Positions 1 through 8,547 of a stretch of DNA of 14,156 bases are shown here, in pieces. Location: positions 1-14,156 of the forward strand of contig JAYUGC010000069.1 of NCBI GenBank assembly GCA_043767805.1. Direction: 5' to 3'. Within the stretch, counting starts at the first letter, position 1; each line of letters starts with the position of its first letter. Source of the stretch: Pseudomonadota bacterium. GTDB lineage: Bacteria; Bdellovibrionota; FAC87; UBA2466. Both the position numbers and the translations under genes were made by a program. The notes under the pieces are model-generated. The model saw only the letters and a list, made by a program, of their open reading frames with translations. It did no database searches and was not told the origin of the DNA.

Positions 1-50
1 CACCCCAAATGGGGCATTAGAAAATAAACCCGAAGGGAAGTCACAGCAGA

Positions 51-73
51 CACTTATCGCAGCGCGATAAGTG
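51..73. repeat. Perfect inverted repeat (10-bp stem, 3-nt loop)
   Basis: CACTTATCGC (51-60), AGC, GCGATAAGTG (64-73). No U-tract directly adjacent on either strand. Confidence 0.85.
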
Positions 74-74
74 A

Positions 75-272
75 TCAATGATGAGCCCCGGGGAACGTGC
101 GTATCGTCTCGGGAATATCGCGTTTAGGGAAATGGCGAACGACAACTTTCTCCACCTGACGTTTCGGCTTATGGAGACTAAAAAGCGAACTGTATCCCTG
201 AGGAAGATAGAGCTTCCTCGCATCCACTTCCGCAAGGTAGATCAGAAACTGAACATGTCCTTTCCTCTCAGA
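75..272 (-). pseudogene. Degenerate fragment resembling the N-terminal region of DUF222-like/HNH endonuclease proteins
   Basis: Hand translation of a minus frame missing from the ORF track: SERKGHVQFLIYLAEVDARKLYLPQGYSSLFSLHKPKRQVEKVVVRHFPKRDIPETIRTFPGAHH*, with TGA at 77-75. From memory it matches the family motif ER......L..L.E.D.R+LY...GYSSLF. No in-frame start codon precedes the motif, and no HNH domain is present. Confidence 0.65.
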
Positions 273-276
273 AGGC

Positions 277-909
277 TCACGCCATACGAAGATTACGGGC
301 CATCTTCGCGCGCTTTGCTCCGATCTCGACTCCGATCGCGGCGAGACCTAGCTCGTTAGCGACAGCGAGTACGGTTCCATGCCCACAAAAGGGGTCGATC
401 ACCGTGCGCGTTTTCGTCTCCGAGAGGATAAACCGACAGGCCACGAGACAAGCTTCGTCCCCCATGCCCCGAGTCCAAGTCGTTTCTCCCGCCGCGGGCA
501 ATACGTCCGCCGTTGAAGCTGGGATCTCCGCGCGCACGCCGCGCGAAAAGCAAAGCAGGTGCGTGTAGCCCGGCCTTCCGAATGAAGTCATTCCAGGTGG
601 CATCCGACAAACTATCTTGTGCCAGAGCAGGGCGTGTCCGAGAGATTCCGCCGCCTTTTGGCAGAGGTAAGCTTTGTCCACCCACCCGCCTTCGCGCTTG
701 ATGTCGGTCTGATAGAAAATCGAGACGCCATCGTCGGGACAACGAGACAGGACGAGAGAGACCGCGCGTATAAACCAAGCCTTCCACTCGTCGAGAGAAA
801 GCTTCGGAAACTCCGAGGCGTCCGGAAGCGACGTCACGAACGAGCATCCGGCAAAGACCGGAGAGGCTTCGAGAAACTCTAGAGCGTCCTGATTGTGAAC
901 CGTCCGCAA
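277..909 (-). CDS. SAM-dependent methyltransferase, N4/N6 DNA-methylase-like fold with atypical catalytic motif
   Basis: 210 aa with TTG start. C-terminal SAM-binding motif VIDPFCGHGTVLAVA...GVE, N-terminal DALEFL, and VTSLPD where (D/S)PPY normally lies. Confidence 0.75.
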   Translation of the reverse strand: MRTVHNQDALEFLEASPVFAGCSFVTSLPDASEFPKLSLDEWKAWFIRAVSLVLSRCPDDGVSIFYQTDIKREGGWVDKAYLCQKAAESLGHALLWHKIVCRMPPGMTSFGRPGYTHLLCFSRGVRAEIPASTADVLPAAGETTWTRGMGDEACLVACRFILSETKTRTVIDPFCGHGTVLAVANELGLAAIGVEIGAKRAKMARNLRMA

Positions 910-915
910 AGCGGC

Positions 916-1710
916 TTAGCCGACGATGTCTTCGCCGCCGTCGACGCCGAGCGTGTTACCCGTGAGCCAATGAGCGTCGCTTTGGACGAGGAGCGAGATG
1001 CAGGCCGCGACATCCTGAGGCGTCGTTAGACGCCGGTAAGGATTGCGAGCGCTTGCCTGCTCGATCATGACGTCGTTACCGGGAATTTTTCTAAGCGCCG
1101 GGGTGTCGGTCACGCCCGCGCGGATCGCGTTGACCGCGACGTTCATCGGGGCGAGCTCCAAGGCGAGCTGCCGGCAATGGGATTCCAGGGCCGCTTTCGC
1201 CGCGGAGACCGCGCCATAGGTGGGCCAGACGCGCGTGCCGCCCGAAGACGTCATCGCAAAAATCCGGCCTCCCTTTTGAAGCATGTTGTTCTCGACGAGC
1301 GCCTGCACCCAGTACACGAGACTATGCGCCATCACGTTGCAGGTCATGTCCATCTGCTCTTCCGAGAGACGGCCGGCGGCTTCGGGCGCGACGAAAGGCT
1401 TCAAAGAACCGAAAGCGAGGGAGTGAACGAGCGTGTGGACGCCATTTTCCGCTTGAGGCTTCAAGGTGGCCAGCGCTTCAGCGCGTTTTTCTTTGTCGGC
1501 CGCGTTCATGTTGATGAACATGGCTTTCACGCCGTTCGCCTTGATCTTGTTGAGCACTTCTTCCGCGTGCGGCTGAGTCGTTTTGCGATCCATGTGAATG
1601 CCGGCGATGTTCATGCCGAGCTCGGAAAGCTTCAGGGAAATCGCCTCGCCGAAACCGCTCGACGCGCCCAGTACCAGTGCCCACTTACCCTTCACGCTAG
1701 ATTGACTCAT
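916..1710 (-). CDS. Short-chain dehydrogenase/reductase, FabL-like enoyl-ACP reductase
   Basis: GASSGFG Rossmann motif, YGAVSAAK (Y-x6-K, the ENR-type spacing), VNAI.AG..DT and C-terminal LTGNTLGVDGG. GAGGA RBS upstream. Confidence 0.85.
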   Translation of the reverse strand: MSQSSVKGKWALVLGASSGFGEAISLKLSELGMNIAGIHMDRKTTQPHAEEVLNKIKANGVKAMFINMNAADKEKRAEALATLKPQAENGVHTLVHSLAFGSLKPFVAPEAAGRLSEEQMDMTCNVMAHSLVYWVQALVENNMLQKGGRIFAMTSSGGTRVWPTYGAVSAAKAALESHCRQLALELAPMNVAVNAIRAGVTDTPALRKIPGNDVMIEQASARNPYRRLTTPQDVAACISLLVQSDAHWLTGNTLGVDGGEDIVG

Positions 1711-1733
1711 CTGATTCCTCGTTAGTGCTAAAA

Positions 1734-3203
1734 TTATCGGCCCGTGGTCTTGCCGGCGGGCTTCTTTTCGTCTTCGGGTTTTTTCTGCTCGGCCTTCTTT
1801 TCCGGCTTCTTCGCGAAGTCGGGCTTGGCCAGGTTGAGCTTCATGTAATCGTCGACTTTGATCTGCATCGCCAAATCGAGGCCGGTGCGGCTGGCGACGA
1901 TCTTGTTGAAGCGTCGGCCGAAAGTGAGCGTGTGTTTCTCGACTTCCTTGTCGCCTTCTTTTTCAAAGAGCCGCACGACGAGCTCCGGCGACTTCAAGTC
2001 GCTCTGCGCGGTTTTCATCGGGATGAAATCGGTGGCTTTCGAGTCTTGAAGATTCGTCAGGAACGTATCGACCTGCGCGCCGTCCACGGTGAAAGCAGTG
2101 TCTCCGGGAACCTGCCAGTCGTTGCCCTTCTTTACCAGCTCGACGGGCTCCTTCTTGTGCTCGACCCGGATCTTGGTGACCGTGAAGCGATTGAATTTCG
2201 CAATCTGCAGATTGCGGTAATCGGCCGCCGGTTTGAGCAGGCGCTCGGGCAATTCCTTTTCGACTTCGGCAATGGCTGCCTTTTCCGAATCCTTAACGTA
2301 ATACAGATCGCCCATTTTGGGGATGCTGAGCCGGCCGAGGAAGAGGGTGACCTTCTTCTTTTCGCGCCCGACCGTGACGATGGCCGTGGCCGCGGGCTTG
2401 GAGAGGCCGAACTTCGCGGTTTGCTTTCCGGTATCGTCGGCAAAACTCTTCGCTTTGGCTTCGACGATGGCGTTCAAGGTCTTGTTGACCTCGCCCGCAT
2501 CCGCCGGAAGGCCTTGGCGTGCCAGTAGCCAGTCTTCTCCTTCGCCTTTGGCCAGGACGAAGGTTTCTCGCGGGGTTTGCACTTCGAGGCTATTGATGTC
2601 GCCCCGGGAAATCTTGAAGAGCTTCTTGTTTCTGAGTGCCGAAGGATCTTTGTCGAAGCTGGCTTTCAGATTGCGGCTCGCGGTGAGCACCGCGGGCTTG
2701 TCGCCCATCTGCACGTAAGAGTTGAATCCCACCGCCGTGTCGCCGCCCACCCGGACTTCCGTCCAGGGAGAGCTGCTGTCTTTGCGAGCGCGGACTTTGA
2801 GTATCGGCTCTTTCAAACCGAAAGGCGCGAGGTCTTTGGGGTTCTCGTCCACCGTGCGCTCGCTCTGCGTGCTGGTGAAAGCGGCGAGTAGCGTGCCCAT
2901 GGTGGCCGAATCGGCTTCGTCATCGACGGGGGTGACCAAGTTCCAGTCCGCGCCGGTTTTTTTCAGGCGATAGACTTCGTACTTGGAAGCGTCGGGCGAG
3001 GCTTTGTCTGCCGCCGAGGGCGCTTTGAGGCGCTCGATCTCGAGCTCCTGAATAGACTCGCGATCCAGCTGAACCAGGTGTTTGGCGTCTTCTTGTTTTT
3101 TATCGCGCTCCGGCCGAACCTTCTGTTCGAAGATGAGATACCAGCCTAGCAGTATCGCGAAAACACCGAAAAGGATGAGAGTTCCGTTGACGCTCTTCTT
3201 CAT
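1734..3203 (-). CDS. DUF4340-like repeat protein, membrane anchored
   Basis: N-terminal hydrophobic anchor and three internal repeats (KKTGADWNL..AD, AKGEGEDWLL..AD, VKKGNDWQV..VD), with motifs LAPFGLKEP, AKFGLSKP and LRNKKLF. TAAGGAG RBS. Confidence 0.8.
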   Translation of the reverse strand: MKKSVNGTLILFGVFAILLGWYLIFEQKVRPERDKKQEDAKHLVQLDRESIQELEIERLKAPSAADKASPDASKYEVYRLKKTGADWNLVTPVDDEADSATMGTLLAAFTSTQSERTVDENPKDLAPFGLKEPILKVRARKDSSSPWTEVRVGGDTAVGFNSYVQMGDKPAVLTASRNLKASFDKDPSALRNKKLFKISRGDINSLEVQTPRETFVLAKGEGEDWLLARQGLPADAGEVNKTLNAIVEAKAKSFADDTGKQTAKFGLSKPAATAIVTVGREKKKVTLFLGRLSIPKMGDLYYVKDSEKAAIAEVEKELPERLLKPAADYRNLQIAKFNRFTVTKIRVEHKKEPVELVKKGNDWQVPGDTAFTVDGAQVDTFLTNLQDSKATDFIPMKTAQSDLKSPELVVRLFEKEGDKEVEKHTLTFGRRFNKIVASRTGLDLAMQIKVDDYMKLNLAKPDFAKKPEKKAEQKKPEDEKKPAGKTTGR

Positions 3204-3231
3204 GGTGCCGTCTCCTTAGAGAAACGAAAAA

Positions 3232-3456
3232 CTACGAGGAAACAACTTCGTCGGTGAAAGGACCGGTGTCCTCGACCTTGCCAACGAAGCCCGCCGCGAT
3301 TTCGCGCAGCGCGATTACCGCCGACTTGTTGCTGGTGTGCACGATCATGGGCTTGGAGCCCTTCGCCATTTGCTTCACGCGCTTGGCCGCGACGTGAATG
3401 AGCTCGAAGCGGTTCGGAATCTTTTCGAGACAGTCTTCTACCGTAATTCTGGCCAT
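3232..3456 (-). CDS. rpoZ: RNA polymerase omega subunit
   Basis: [26 protein letters not shown]...ALREIAAG is the canonical omega signature. AAGGAG RBS. Confidence 0.97.
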   Translation of the reverse strand: MARITVEDCLEKIPNRFELIHVAAKRVKQMAKGSKPMIVHTSNKSAVIALREIAAGFVGKVEDTGPFTDEVVSS

Positions 3457-3496
3457 GGTCAGTACTCCTTGGAATGCGTCTTAAAAAAGCTTTCCT

Positions 3497-3524
3497 ATCT
3501 TAAGGATATCGCTAGGGAAGTCAA
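3497..3524 (-). promoter_or_regulatory. Sigma70-like promoter for the rpoZ unit
   Basis: Minus strand TTGACT (3524-3519), 16-nt spacer, TAAGAT (3502-3497), about 40 nt upstream of the rpoZ ATG in an AT-rich intergenic region. Confidence 0.65.
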
Positions 3525-3586
3525 TGGAAGAGGCGCGCCAAGGCAAACGAGTGCACACGTAAAAGTAATGCAATTACGAGAGGTTG

Positions 3587-4909
3587 CTAGGCCGCTTCGC
3601 GGACCAAGGCTTCGAGGGCCTGGAGGAGGGGCGCCGGATTGGGCGGAAGCGGCTTCGAAGCGCTGTAAGCGCGGGCGCCCCAAGCTTCGAAAAGAGAGCG
3701 GGCGACGCGCAGCCATTCCTCTTTGATCGGGCCCGCGCCCCGGCGGAGGAGGTCGGAGCGGGTCATCGGGGGATCGGGAAACTTGCTGGCGAGAATTTCA
3801 AACGCCAGGTGATCGGCGGCGGCGAGAAATCCGTCAGTGTCCCCTCGCTGAAGCGCGTTTTGAGCGGCCGCAAGCCGGGGGCTCCAGGGATCGTCGTCGC
3901 GGCGGCGCCAGCGCGCTGCTAATTTTTCGGAACAGCCGAAGACGACCCAAGTGTAGGCGACGGCGATGAGTAGGAAGATCCCTTGGAGCGTCCAGAAGAA
4001 CGCGGCATCTATCCAGCGTACGTGCGTGGACCATTGCGGGTAGGGCGCGCCGAACTCGACCGGCGTATTTTTCGCGGGACCACCGACCGCGTCCGGCGCC
4101 TTCAGGAACGCAATCTCCGGAATCGTGATGGTCTGATAAGTCGCGCTCACCGGATCGAAGTAATGGAAAGGGAAGGCCGGTAGCGTGATGTCGTCGGCGG
4201 AATGGAAGGCGAGCGTTAGCTCATAGCTCTTCGTGTAGTACTGAGCGGACCCCTGCGAGTAGGACTTGCGCGACAAGATTTCCACGGAGTCCATCTCGGG
4301 AATTTGAATATCGTTAATCTCGCGGAAGTTGCCTTCGCCCGAGAGCACGAATCTAAGCGTGGTGGGCTCGTCCTTTCTGAAAAGAACGGGAGCGCGCTCC
4401 ACCTGCAAAGTGAACCGGCCCACGCCGCCCGAGAACTTACCGGCCATCGCGGGCGGAAGCGGGGGAAGGGGTTTGATGACGAGGGTCGGGCCTTCGCTGA
4501 GGAGAATCTGCTCGGGCGGCTGCTCTCCCCCCGCCCGCTGAGGGATACGCACGACGACTTTCATCGGGCGGATGATCGGGTTCTTTTCCTCGACCATGGA
4601 GCTGACGAGATAGGAGCCGACGACACTCTTTTTCCATTCCCGCGAGCTGAAATCCTGGAGCATGGGGATGGGGCCCTGACGCAAGGCCAGGTTCTCGCTC
4701 CAGAAGCCACGGAACTCCGGGAATTTCGCGACTTCCACTTCGAGGACGTCGTCTCGCCCATAAATGACGAAATGGGCGGTGACCGCTTCACCGGCGTAGA
4801 CCTCAGGCTTGGTGAACTCGATGCCGAACTTCACGTTCGGCGCCCCTTCGCCGCGCGCGAAGCTCACGGCCAGAATTCCCAAAATCAAAATGTGAAGCCG
4901 GTTTACCAT
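3587..4909 (-). CDS. batD: BatD family protein
   Basis: Signal peptide, VY.GE.V..., P.F.GFW.E, PLP....GGVG.F, LSGEGN and F.YFDP....Y motifs, then a C-terminal TM helix. Last gene of the MoxR/VWA operon, overlapping the upstream stop (ATGGTAA). Confidence 0.8.
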   Translation of the reverse strand: MVNRLHILILGILAVSFARGEGAPNVKFGIEFTKPEVYAGEAVTAHFVIYGRDDVLEVEVAKFPEFRGFWSENLALRQGPIPMLQDFSSREWKKSVVGSYLVSSMVEEKNPIIRPMKVVVRIPQRAGGEQPPEQILLSEGPTLVIKPLPPLPPAMAGKFSGGVGRFTLQVERAPVLFRKDEPTTLRFVLSGEGNFREINDIQIPEMDSVEILSRKSYSQGSAQYYTKSYELTLAFHSADDITLPAFPFHYFDPVSATYQTITIPEIAFLKAPDAVGGPAKNTPVEFGAPYPQWSTHVRWIDAAFFWTLQGIFLLIAVAYTWVVFGCSEKLAARWRRRDDDPWSPRLAAAQNALQRGDTDGFLAAADHLAFEILASKFPDPPMTRSDLLRRGAGPIKEEWLRVARSLFEAWGARAYSASKPLPPNPAPLLQALEALVREAA

Positions 4910-6540
4910 TGCTTGGCGTTCGGGTCCTTCGGTTTGCCTTTATTCTTTTTTTCCATCTGACGTTTCAAAATCTGCTGCTCTTCGGCCGAGATGACGTCGA
5001 AGACTTTTTTCTTTTCGCTCTCGGTGAGAGGCTGCGCTTCGTAATCTTTTTGGGGGCCGCCGCGATCCTTGCCTTCCTTGTTCTCGTCCTTCGGATCCTT
5101 ACCGCCCTCTTTCTCTTCCTGATTCTGTCCCTTCATCTGCTGCTGCAGGCGGGTAGCGAGGGTGATGTTCTCGGAAATCTTCTGGTTCGTCGCTTTGTCG
5201 AAGGCGTCGTCGTCGGTCTTCGTATCGTAAGCTTCCTGATACACCTGCAACGCCTGCTGCGGATCCATGTTTCTGAGCAGTGTATTGCCGAGGTTGTAGA
5301 GTGCCTTCTTGCGCACGATTTTATCTGGCGTCACGAAAGCCGATTCCTGAAAATGCTCGGCCGCCTTGTCCATCTTGCCGCCCTTTAGCTCTTCGAGGCC
5401 CTTGTTGAAAAGAACGATGGCCTTGGTCTGGTCGTCCATTTTCTTTTCCAAGGGAGGCGGCTCGGGCTCCAGGGGAGGTTCCATTTCGGCGGGCACGTCG
5501 AAATCGATCTCTTCCGCGCGCACGGGATTTGCCGCGGCGAAGGCGGCGATGAGAAGCCAGGGGAGAAGCCCACGGATCGAGTACTGCCAACGGCCCAGGC
5601 AGAATTCCAAGCTGAAAAGAAGGAGCGCGAGGCCAAAGAGGAAGGGAAAGAGCTCTTGGTCCGACTTGAACTTAACCGACAGCTTGCCTAGCTGAAGGCT
5701 CTGCGTGAGCCGCTGTACCACGCGGCCCACTTCCGCGAAGCTCGCCGTGAAGAAGGTGCCTCCCGTACCGTCGCTCAACGCGCGCAGCGATCTTTCATCG
5801 AGACGCGTGCGCACCGTCTGGCCCCGGGGCTGTTGAATCGAGGTAAGCGAGCCCATTCCGCCCAAGATCATGAGCGAGGCGCCGCCGGTCGTGCCGACGC
5901 CGACCGTATGAATCGGGATGCGCGCGTCTCTATAGAGCTTGATCACGTTGTTGGCGACCGGAACGTGGCTTTCGCCGTCGGAAAAGAGAAGCACTTGAGG
6001 CGGGGCCCAGCCCGCGCCGTATTTCTCCGAGCTCTGCTCCATCTGATGGATCCGCTCGAAAAGCGTCTGCATCGAGACGGTGAAGTCCGTGCCCTGATTC
6101 GTCGTCATGCCGGGATCGAGGGCCTGCAGCATCTCTGAAGCCGCATCGAGATCGTTGGAAAGCGGCATTTGAATGAAACCGTCTCCGGCGAAGGGAAAGA
6201 GCGCGACGCGGGCGCCTGGGAGAAACGAGAGGAGCTTCTGGGAAAAGGCCACCGAGAACTGAAGGCGCGTCGGCGAGATGTCTTCCGCCATCATGCTGCG
6301 GGAGATGTCGAGCGCGAGAAAGAGGTTAAAGCGGGCGCTTCGGCTTTCCGTCGTCTGATGCCCGAGCTGAGGACGAGACAGGCCAAGCACGCAAAGGGCG
6401 AAGGCCAGCGTGGCCGTGACAAGGCGCCGCGAGGAATAGGACTCGGGCTGACGTTTGCCCAAGGCAAACATCAGCCACGCGAGACCCGCGATGCCCGCGA
6501 GTCCCCAAAGAAATTCCGGATTTTCAAAATGCAGCAACAT
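4903..6540 (-). CDS. VWA + TPR protein (BatB-BatC-like fusion)
   Basis: F..P..LW N-terminus, LSRPQLG, MIDAS DISRSM...GTD...FSDGE, two hydrophobic segments, TPR (ALYNLGNTLL), charged linker, C-terminal Trp. Confidence 0.85.
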   Translation of the reverse strand: MLLHFENPEFLWGLAGIAGLAWLMFALGKRQPESYSSRRLVTATLAFALCVLGLSRPQLGHQTTESRSARFNLFLALDISRSMMAEDISPTRLQFSVAFSQKLLSFLPGARVALFPFAGDGFIQMPLSNDLDAASEMLQALDPGMTTNQGTDFTVSMQTLFERIHQMEQSSEKYGAGWAPPQVLLFSDGESHVPVANNVIKLYRDARIPIHTVGVGTTGGASLMILGGMGSLTSIQQPRGQTVRTRLDERSLRALSDGTGGTFFTASFAEVGRVVQRLTQSLQLGKLSVKFKSDQELFPFLFGLALLLFSLEFCLGRWQYSIRGLLPWLLIAAFAAANPVRAEEIDFDVPAEMEPPLEPEPPPLEKKMDDQTKAIVLFNKGLEELKGGKMDKAAEHFQESAFVTPDKIVRKKALYNLGNTLLRNMDPQQALQVYQEAYDTKTDDDAFDKATNQKISENITLATRLQQQMKGQNQEEKEGGKDPKDENKEGKDRGGPQKDYEAQPLTESEKKKVFDVISAEEQQILKRQMEKKNKGKPKDPNAKQW

Positions 6541-7552
6541 GTTTTAGTCGGGCTCTACGGAAACGGGTTTCTTGCAAAAGATAGAGGGTCAGCATGAGAA
6601 GCGTCGCGGCGCACGCGGGCCAGAAGAACACCTCGTCTTTGCGCTCGCGAGGAATGCCCTTCACCTTGGTTTTCTCGAGTGAATCGATCTCGCGCAAGAT
6701 GCGGTTCAACATGCCCGGATCGCGCGCGAGGTAAGCTTTGCCGCCAGTAAGGCGGGAAATGTCTCTGAGCAGCTCGGGATTTAGGTACGAGGGGACCTGC
6801 GCCACGAGCTGGCGTTTGCGGCCGAAGGGATCGTGCGAGTAGATGGGAACGAGCACGCGATCCGATTTGCCGATGCCGATGGTGTAAATCTTGATGCCGT
6901 CCTGGCGGGCAAGTGTTGCGGCGGTGATGGGGTTTACCGCGCCGACGTTACTGTCACCATCGGTGAGCAGGATAATGATGCGCGTTTTGGCTTTGGAGTT
7001 GCGCAAGCGGCCCACGCCGTTGGCGAGCCCCATGCCGATGGCGGTGCCTTGTTTGAGCTCTCCCGAGCGCATTTCCTCGACGGAGCTTTGCAAGAAGTCG
7101 TAGTCGCGGGTAAGGGGGCACTTCGTTACGGCCTCGCCGCCGAATGCGACGAGCCCGATGCGATCCTCGCTCCGGCGGCGGATGAAGTCGCGGATGACCG
7201 ATTTGGCGGCGATCATGCGGCTCGGCTCGAGATCGTTGGCTTCCATGCTCTCCGAGAGATCGACGACCAGCATGATGTCGATGCCTTCCGACCATTTCTC
7301 GACCCATGAGGTCACTTGCGTCGGGCGGGCAGCGACGATCGCAAGTCCCGAGAGTGCCGCGAGAGTGAGAGCGAAGAGGCCGCGGAATACCCATTTCACC
7401 GGCCGGCTTCGCTTTTTAGAGATCTCGATGGGAGCGGACATGGCGATCAGCTGAGGCGCGCGCGCGCAACGGCGGCGGAACAGGAAATAGATCGCGGCGA
7501 GCAAGGGAAGTCCCGCGAGCAATACGGCTAAGGGATTGGCTAGGTACCACAT
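6524..7552 (-). CDS. batA: VWA domain protein BatA
   Basis: AARP, GIDIMLVVDLSESM, DRIGLVAF, PLT.D, GTAIGMGL, IILLTDG, IKIYTIGIG, TGGK and ID.LEK motifs. TM helices at both termini. Confidence 0.9.
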   Translation of the reverse strand: MWYLANPLAVLLAGLPLLAAIYFLFRRRCARAPQLIAMSAPIEISKKRSRPVKWVFRGLFALTLAALSGLAIVAARPTQVTSWVEKWSEGIDIMLVVDLSESMEANDLEPSRMIAAKSVIRDFIRRRSEDRIGLVAFGGEAVTKCPLTRDYDFLQSSVEEMRSGELKQGTAIGMGLANGVGRLRNSKAKTRIIILLTDGDSNVGAVNPITAATLARQDGIKIYTIGIGKSDRVLVPIYSHDPFGRKRQLVAQVPSYLNPELLRDISRLTGGKAYLARDPGMLNRILREIDSLEKTKVKGIPRERKDEVFFWPACAATLLMLTLYLLQETRFRRARLKHVAAF

Positions 7553-8547
7553 GCTAGGAGGACTCGTTCCGTTTCGTTAAAGGCAGTTGCAAATCTGTCG
7601 GCGAGGTTCGCCTTGCGGCCGGTGAACTTGATCTCGTCGCAAGAGGTGAAGACCGGGACCAACGCGGTCGCGGTGGGCTCGGCGGCAAAGCGATGCGTGA
7701 ACTCTTTGGTCGTCCAGGCGCGCACGGGAGCTTTGTGCTTGCGGGCGAAGTACTCTCTGAGCACCGCAGTCAGCTCGTCGGCAAAGGCCTCGGTCGCGCC
7801 TTGGCTCAGCTCTACTTTCAAGCGCAGGAGCTCTCGCTTCAGCCATTCAATCGGATCTTCTTCCGTGGGAGCCACGACCGCAATCGGCTTCGGCTTGAAG
7901 CGGCTGAGCCATTTGGGCAGCCGTTTTTCGATCCAAAGCCCGGCGTAGTAGGCTAGTGGCAAGAGCGACAGCCACATGAGCCAGTACCAAAGCTTGGAGG
8001 GCGGATCGAGAGGCCCGAACTCGTCCCGGATCTTCGTGTCGCCCTCGGCCCGGGTCGTCGCGATTTTCAAAAGAGTGGCTTCGGTCGAGAACGTCTGGCT
8101 TCCCACGCGGATTTCGACCGGCGGCAGAGTGACCGCTCCCGTCGAATGGGCGGTGAGCTCGTATCCCCAGATGAGGCTATGGTTCGTGCGCCGGTACGTC
8201 GTATCGAGAATCTGAAATGCCTTCGACTGAGTCAGGAAATCGTCGTTCACGGTGGGTGGCCCGCTTTCGTCGTTCCAGCCGGCTGCTTCGAGCGTGGCAA
8301 GGGGCATCTCGATTTCGAGCGTGGTGCGCTCTCCCGGCTGAATGATGGGCTTGACCAAGCGGAACTGTAGACCGCCCGGATCGGAGTCGGGTGATCTATC
8401 GTCGGTATTTTCCGGTGCGGGCGTGCTGCGCAGGGCAGACGGGGGCCTGGAAGGCGTGGCCTCCTGTGGACTTGGTGCGGCACTCACGTTAAACGCGAGC
8501 AGGGCCGCGGCCGCGGAAATACTGTACCAACCGTTGGAGATAATCAT
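7540..8547 (-). CDS. Membrane protein of the Bat operon (Ig-like/BatD-like periplasmic part, TM helix, DUF4381-like C-terminus); start uncertain
   Basis: G.VTLPP..I motif, TM LWYWLMWLSLLPLAYYAGLW, C-terminal ELT.VLREY...TT.E...CD.IKF as typical of the gene between DUF58 and batA. Confidence 0.7.
   Translation of the reverse strand: MIISNGWYSISAAAALLAFNVSAAPSPQEATPSRPPSALRSTPAPENTDDRSPDSDPGGLQFRLVKPIIQPGERTTLEIEMPLATLEAAGWNDESGPPTVNDDFLTQSKAFQILDTTYRRTNHSLIWGYELTAHSTGAVTLPPVEIRVGSQTFSTEATLLKIATTRAEGDTKIRDEFGPLDPPSKLWYWLMWLSLLPLAYYAGLWIEKRLPKWLSRFKPKPIAVVAPTEEDPIEWLKRELLRLKVELSQGATEAFADELTAVLREYFARKHKAPVRAWTTKEFTHRFAAEPTATALVPVFTSCDEIKFTGRKANLADRFATAFNETERVLLACGT

Noticed and set aside
3..40. 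Mini-hairpins CCCC-AAAT-GGGG and CCC-GAA-GGG as parts of a structured RNA or terminator
   Set aside because: Stems of 3-4 bp are too weak, context is cut by the window edge, and there is no recognisable RNA family signature.
200..219. Inverted repeat GAGGAAG-N6-CTTCCTC
   Set aside because: It lies within the conserved-looking coding motif RKLYLP of the remnant and is likely coincidental.
41..359. ORFs 41..235 (-) and 78..359 (+)
   Set aside because: No recognisable motifs. They are alternative frames over the HNH-like remnant and the methyltransferase end.
75..909. Methyltransferase plus HNH remnant as a restriction-modification pair
   Set aside because: The remnant lacks a nuclease domain and a start codon, the methyltransferase lacks the canonical catalytic motif, and their base composition differs.
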